In this document: one piece after another, positions 28,035-32,000 of the stretch
How positions within the stretch are numbered: the first letter of the stretch is position 1
Layout: every line of letters begins with the position of its first letter
Origin: a cyanobacterium endosymbiont of Epithemia turgida isolate EtSB Lake Yunoko
GTDB taxonomy: Bacteria > Cyanobacteriota > Cyanobacteriia > Cyanobacteriales > Microcystaceae
Assembly (NCBI RefSeq): GCF_000829235.1
Contig: NZ_AP012549.1
Span: forward strand, 1,230,001-1,262,000
Length of the DNA: 32,000 nucleotides
Direction: 5' to 3'
Made by a program: the position numbers and the translations under genes
The notes under the pieces: model-generated
The model's input: the letters and a program-made list of their open reading frames with translations, nothing else
Database searches by the model: none
What the model was told of the DNA's origin: nothing

Positions 28035-29207
28035 GTGAAAAATATACCAATAATTTTCCTAGTTAATAATATTATTATGATGAGCAGCACTTATTTTGCT
28101 ACTGTTGCGAGAGGATTAGAAGAAATTGCAGCTAAAGAATTAAAATCACTAGGAGCAAAGGCAGTAAAACCTGATTTTGCAGGAGTTCATTTTCACGGAA
28201 ATAAAGAATTATTTTATCGAGTAAATTTGTGGTCAAGAATTATTTTTCGAATTTTAGTTCCCATCAAAGAAATCAAGAGTTGTAATGCAACTCAGTTGTA
28301 TAAAAACGTTTATAAGATAGATTGGTCTAAGTATTTACAACCCCATCAAACATTTCTTGTTAATTGTACTGGAAGCAATCAAAATTTAAATCATACCCAT
28401 TTTACAGCGTTACAAATTAAAAATGCTATTGTTAATCAACAAAAAAGACGGTTTAACACTCGTTCTAATATTGATATCAAAAATCCTGATATTATTATCA
28501 ATGCTCATATTAATGATAATCATTGTCTTCTAAGTCTAGATAGTTCAGGCAGAAGTTTACATCGGCGAGGATATCGTTCAGCTATGGGATTAGCACCTTT
28601 AAAAGAAACCCTAGCAGCTGCTTTATTAGATATGGCTAATTGGGATGGGAATATTCCTTTTTTAGATCCTATGTGTGGTTCAGGAGTTTTACCTATTGAA
28701 GCGGCCTTAAAAGGGCTCAATATTGCCCCAGGCTTATATCGAAATAAATTTAGTTTTCAGAATTGGCTTGACTTTGATTCAACTATTTATTCTAAAATAG
28801 TTGAAGAAGCCAAAAATAAACAATTGGCCAGGCTAAAAGCTCCTATTTTTGGAAGAGATAAAGATCGAGATGTCATTGGACAAGCGTCCATTAACATAAC
28901 CGCTTGTGGTCTTGATAAAGACATTAAATTAAATCAAGTTCAATTAGAAAAAATTGAAGCCCCAGCCGACAGGGGTATTATCATTTGCAATCCTCCTTAT
29001 GGGAAGCGTATTGGTAGTTCCGAACAATTAGCGACATTATATAAGTTATTAGGTGATGTCTTAAAGCAACGTTTTAAAGGCTGGAATGCTTATATTTTGA
29101 CAGCAAATAAAGAATTAAGCCAACAAATAGGATTAAGAACTTCTCGTCGTATTCCTGTTTATAATGGTTCTCTTCCCTGTACATTACTTAAATATGAATT
29201 ATATTGA
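28035..29207 (+). CDS. THUMP-domain class I SAM-dependent RNA methyltransferase (RlmL/YpsC-like)
   Basis: 390-aa ORF as listed, with a GTG start. A more likely start is the ATG pair at 28077/28080 (MMSSTYFATVARGLE...). It has a THUMP-like N-terminal half, SAM motif I LDPMCGSGVLPIEAA and the catalytic IICNPPYGKRIG. Confidence 0.85.
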   Translation: MKNIPIIFLVNNIIMMSSTYFATVARGLEEIAAKELKSLGAKAVKPDFAGVHFHGNKELFYRVNLWSRIIFRILVPIKEIKSCNATQLYKNVYKIDWSKYLQPHQTFLVNCTGSNQNLNHTHFTALQIKNAIVNQQKRRFNTRSNIDIKNPDIIINAHINDNHCLLSLDSSGRSLHRRGYRSAMGLAPLKETLAAALLDMANWDGNIPFLDPMCGSGVLPIEAALKGLNIAPGLYRNKFSFQNWLDFDSTIYSKIVEEAKNKQLARLKAPIFGRDKDRDVIGQASINITACGLDKDIKLNQVQLEKIEAPADRGIIICNPPYGKRIGSSEQLATLYKLLGDVLKQRFKGWNAYILTANKELSQQIGLRTSRRIPVYNGSLPCTLLKYELY

Positions 29208-29367
29208 TTTAATTTATAAGCAGGAATAATCCTGAAACAGGAAATTCAGTTTAAGATTTTAATCATGGCAGGTTTCAAAAGGGCTAGGATATTTCATTAT
29301 TTCTTATTCCCTTAAAATAATAGTTGAGGCTGTCCTAAATAACTGCCAAGTTGCTCAAGACAGCCTG

Positions 29368-30435
29368 TTAGATTTCATCCCATCCAGTTACCCCTGAAGA
29401 CATAACATAACTAGTAACTGTTGATTCAAAGAAATTTGCTTTAGTATGCGCTGCCTTTTTAGTATCAGAAAACCGCTCTAAATGAGAGTAGGGACTCTTG
29501 TTATATTTAATTTCTGAATAAAGAGGATCTAGCCCGATTGAACGCAACCGAATATTAGCTAAATATTTTGTATATTGTTCGGTACTAGACTCAGTAATTC
29601 CCAATATATTGTCACCAATAATATGATTAGTCCAACGGCATTCATGTTCGACGGCTTTAGCAAACATATCATAAATTTGATCGACAGAATGAGGAAATAC
29701 TTTTCTCGCTTCTGGAATTAATTTTTGATACAGACGAACATGACTTAATTCGTCTCGGTTAATCATTTTAAAAATATCAGCTGATCCTGGCATTAACATC
29801 CTTGACGCTAGATTGTAGAAATAGATGAAGCCATTGTAAAAATACAATCCCTCTAATAAAAAGTCTGCCATTAACGCCACAAAATAATTTTCAGAACTTG
29901 GATCATCAATATATTTTTGGTATAAACTTGCAATGAACTCACAGCGTTCTTTTAAAACTTTATCAGTACGCCAAAACTCATAGACATGATTGCGTCTTTC
30001 TGGAGGGATAATCGTTTCAATGATGTATTGATAACTTTGATTATGCATTCCTTCTTGGGAAATTTGTTCCGCCATACAGAGGCTAACTTCCGGTGCTGTT
30101 ACACTACTTTTAAGGTGTGGAATATTACAGGTTTGAATCGAATCTAAAAAGGTAAGATAAGCTAAAATTCCTTCGTAAGCATACCGTTCATCACTAGTTA
30201 AATTCGTGTAGTCTGTCACATCTTGGGTAATATCTAGCCGTTGGGGAATCCAGAAGTTCTCCCTCATTTGTTGATATAAACTTACCGTCCACGGAAACCT
30301 AACATCATTAAGTTGCATTAGATTTGTTGTGTTACCAAACCAAATAGAACGGTTTTCTATAGTATCATCCCCATCCGGATTAAAAATAGGGTTGATGGGC
30401 ATTTGTCTAGGCAATTTAGTATTAGTTATTATCAT
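29368..30435 (-). CDS. nrdB: class I ribonucleotide reductase small (beta) subunit
   Basis: 355-aa ORF. It has di-iron/tyrosyl radical motifs EGMHNQSYQYI (E-x2-H ... Y at the radical position), LEGLYFYNGF and NRDELSHV (E-x2-H). Confidence 0.9.
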   Translation of the reverse strand: MIITNTKLPRQMPINPIFNPDGDDTIENRSIWFGNTTNLMQLNDVRFPWTVSLYQQMRENFWIPQRLDITQDVTDYTNLTSDERYAYEGILAYLTFLDSIQTCNIPHLKSSVTAPEVSLCMAEQISQEGMHNQSYQYIIETIIPPERRNHVYEFWRTDKVLKERCEFIASLYQKYIDDPSSENYFVALMADFLLEGLYFYNGFIYFYNLASRMLMPGSADIFKMINRDELSHVRLYQKLIPEARKVFPHSVDQIYDMFAKAVEHECRWTNHIIGDNILGITESSTEQYTKYLANIRLRSIGLDPLYSEIKYNKSPYSHLERFSDTKKAAHTKANFFESTVTSYVMSSGVTGWDEI

Positions 30436-31091
30436 AGTGTAATTAAATTAATATACAATTTTTTATGTACAACTAAGCCTATCGTATTATAATTTTACAT
30501 AAAAATCAGTTAATTGAATCCCCAAAATCTAATTTTTATTTTATTTTTATAATTTTATTGATTTATATGTTAATTTAACCTAAATAGGGTTTTAAATAAA
30601 GAATTAGATGAATCTAAAAAAAATTCCTGACAATACAATGAGATAATCCTATTTTATTGGCAATATCTTAAAAAAATTCTAGATTGTGCTCAATCTTTCA
30701 ATAGTATCTAAAAATATATTTATGACATTTAAAATATTTAATTGCTTAATATCTTTTTCAATTATTTATGTATTCAATATTTTTGATGAAATCTTAACAA
30801 ATTTCATTTAGATAATTTTTGAACAATTTTATTTAGGTAGATAATATATATCCATAACTTTTTTGAGAAAAGATATGAATATATATAATAAAAATTTTAA
30901 AAGATAAATATGTTTCTAAATACACTTTTTTAGCTTTTCAATTTTTTTCTATTTATTAAATTAGATCAAGAAGATTGAATTGTATTATATTTTTATAACC
31001 AAAGACAGTGGTCCTTAGTATTTAAACTAAGATTTATAATCTTCTTTTAAATACATAGAAGAACGCAATCTTTTGTCTCGATTAAGATTAA

Positions 31092-32000
31092 TCAATTTGC
31101 ACAAGTGGAACAACCACTATCATACTCTTTAAAATCATCTTTTTGAACAGTTCTAACATAATAAACTGCTTTACAACCTTCTTGCCAAGCTAATACTAAA
31201 GTGTTAAAGATATCCTTAGCATTAATGGTGCGTTCTGGTTCATGGGGAAAATAAACACCTTGATTCAAATTAAACAATAATTCCATAGAAATACCTGTAT
31301 CGATCCACTGCTGTATTTGCCCTACAGCTCTCACTACTTTTTGTTGATCTAAGGTTTTATTTTCAGAGTAAAACCAAAAATATTTTTCAATAAATGGTGG
31401 GGCAACGGGAACAGTTCCTTTTGCCCATTTATCATAAAAGAAACGACTATAAACTGGAAGAATACTAGCTGTACATCCTTGAACTAAAGAAGAGGAGGTA
31501 TTAGGGGCAATTGCAGTAATATGTGAGTTACGAATTCCATAGGTTTGAATATCTTCCGATAACTGTTTCCAACGCTCTTTATGGGTGGCATTTTCTAAAA
31601 ACCATTCTACTGGTTTTGCCCCAATTAACTTACCTTGATGCCATTCACTTCCCACAAAAGCCTGATATGGTTGTCTCTCCTTGGCTAACTCCATAGAAGC
31701 GTGAGTACACCAGTAACTAAATTCTTCAAACAACTGATTAATTTTCGTCAACTGATCATAGGACAGATGGTTCTTTGCCAACCAGTCTGCTAAGCCCATA
31801 CAGCCGATTCCAATAGTACGATATTTATCATTGTGGGCTTTTGCCTCATCAAAAGGACTATTCGTAATATCAATGGTATTGTCTAAAATCCTAACAGCAA
31901 CAGCACAAATATACTTTAGATCCTCGGTATCAAGATTTGCTAAATTCAAGGAGACAAGATTACAAGAATGTGACTCTTTTCCAGAGGAAACATTACTAAA
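31092..32000 (-). CDS. nrdA: class I ribonucleotide reductase large (alpha) subunit, C-terminal part (continues beyond the right edge of the window)
   Basis: The frame stays open from the window edge (FSNVSSGKESHSCNLVSLNLANL...). Conserved blocks are CNL.S.NL, RTIGIGCMGLADWLA, IAPNTSSSLVQGCTASILP and AVYYVRT. A C-terminal redox Cys pair is present (GCSTCAN). The TTG at 31949 in the ORF track is not the true start. Confidence 0.9.
   Translation of the reverse strand, partial: FSNVSSGKESHSCNLVSLNLANLDTEDLKYICAVAVRILDNTIDITNSPFDEAKAHNDKYRTIGIGCMGLADWLAKNHLSYDQLTKINQLFEEFSYWCTHASMELAKERQPYQAFVGSEWHQGKLIGAKPVEWFLENATHKERWKQLSEDIQTYGIRNSHITAIAPNTSSSLVQGCTASILPVYSRFFYDKWAKGTVPVAPPFIEKYFWFYSENKTLDQQKVVRAVGQIQQWIDTGISMELLFNLNQGVYFPHEPERTINAKDIFNTLVLAWQEGCKAVYYVRTVQKDDFKEYDSGCSTCAN

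Noticed and set aside
28520-28720. 66-aa minus-strand ORF
   Set aside because: It lies antisense inside the THUMP methyltransferase gene.

Overview
AT-rich window that looks cyanobacterial, judging by gene content, protein style and one HIP1 octamer GCGATCGC at 14420-14427 inside dapB. Intact genes are mostly housekeeping. They are lpxB-lpxA, dapB, queC, lipA, nrdB plus the 3' part of nrdA, and a small 7Fe-type ferredoxin. There is also a PAS/GAF hybrid histidine kinase co-transcribed with a REC-HK protein, a DUF697-type GTPase, a GNAT acetyltransferase, a THUMP/NPPY RNA methyltransferase, an ArgRS-derived DALR-domain protein without a catalytic core, and three hypothetical proteins. Summing the intact ORFs gives about 16.6 kb of 32 kb, so roughly half the window is non-coding. 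The spacers are very AT-rich and up to 2.3 kb long. They contain at least three readable gene relics: a LivF/NatE/UrtE-type ABC ATPase, a CSP41-like NAD-dependent epimerase, and a small conserved ORF split by an in-frame TAA. This pattern suggests a genome undergoing reductive evolution. The most unusual feature is a perfect 32-bp tandem array (about 9.6 units, 15003-15309) that reiterates the SD-like sequence, ATG and first four codons of queC. It creates nine 11-codon mini-ORFs, each ending in a TGA that overlaps the next ATG, with the last ATG opening queC. Other points of interest are a 72-bp direct repeat with a sigma70-like promoter flanking lpxB-lpxA, and two Yfr1-like CUCCUCAC(AC) motifs beside strong hairpins in a gene-free 2.3-kb region. 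There is also a family of long perfect AT-rich palindromes sharing ATCTATT/AATAGAT, and a GTAGA/TCTAC motif cluster upstream of dapB. I saw no CRISPR array, tRNA/rRNA gene, transposase or defence-type operon.
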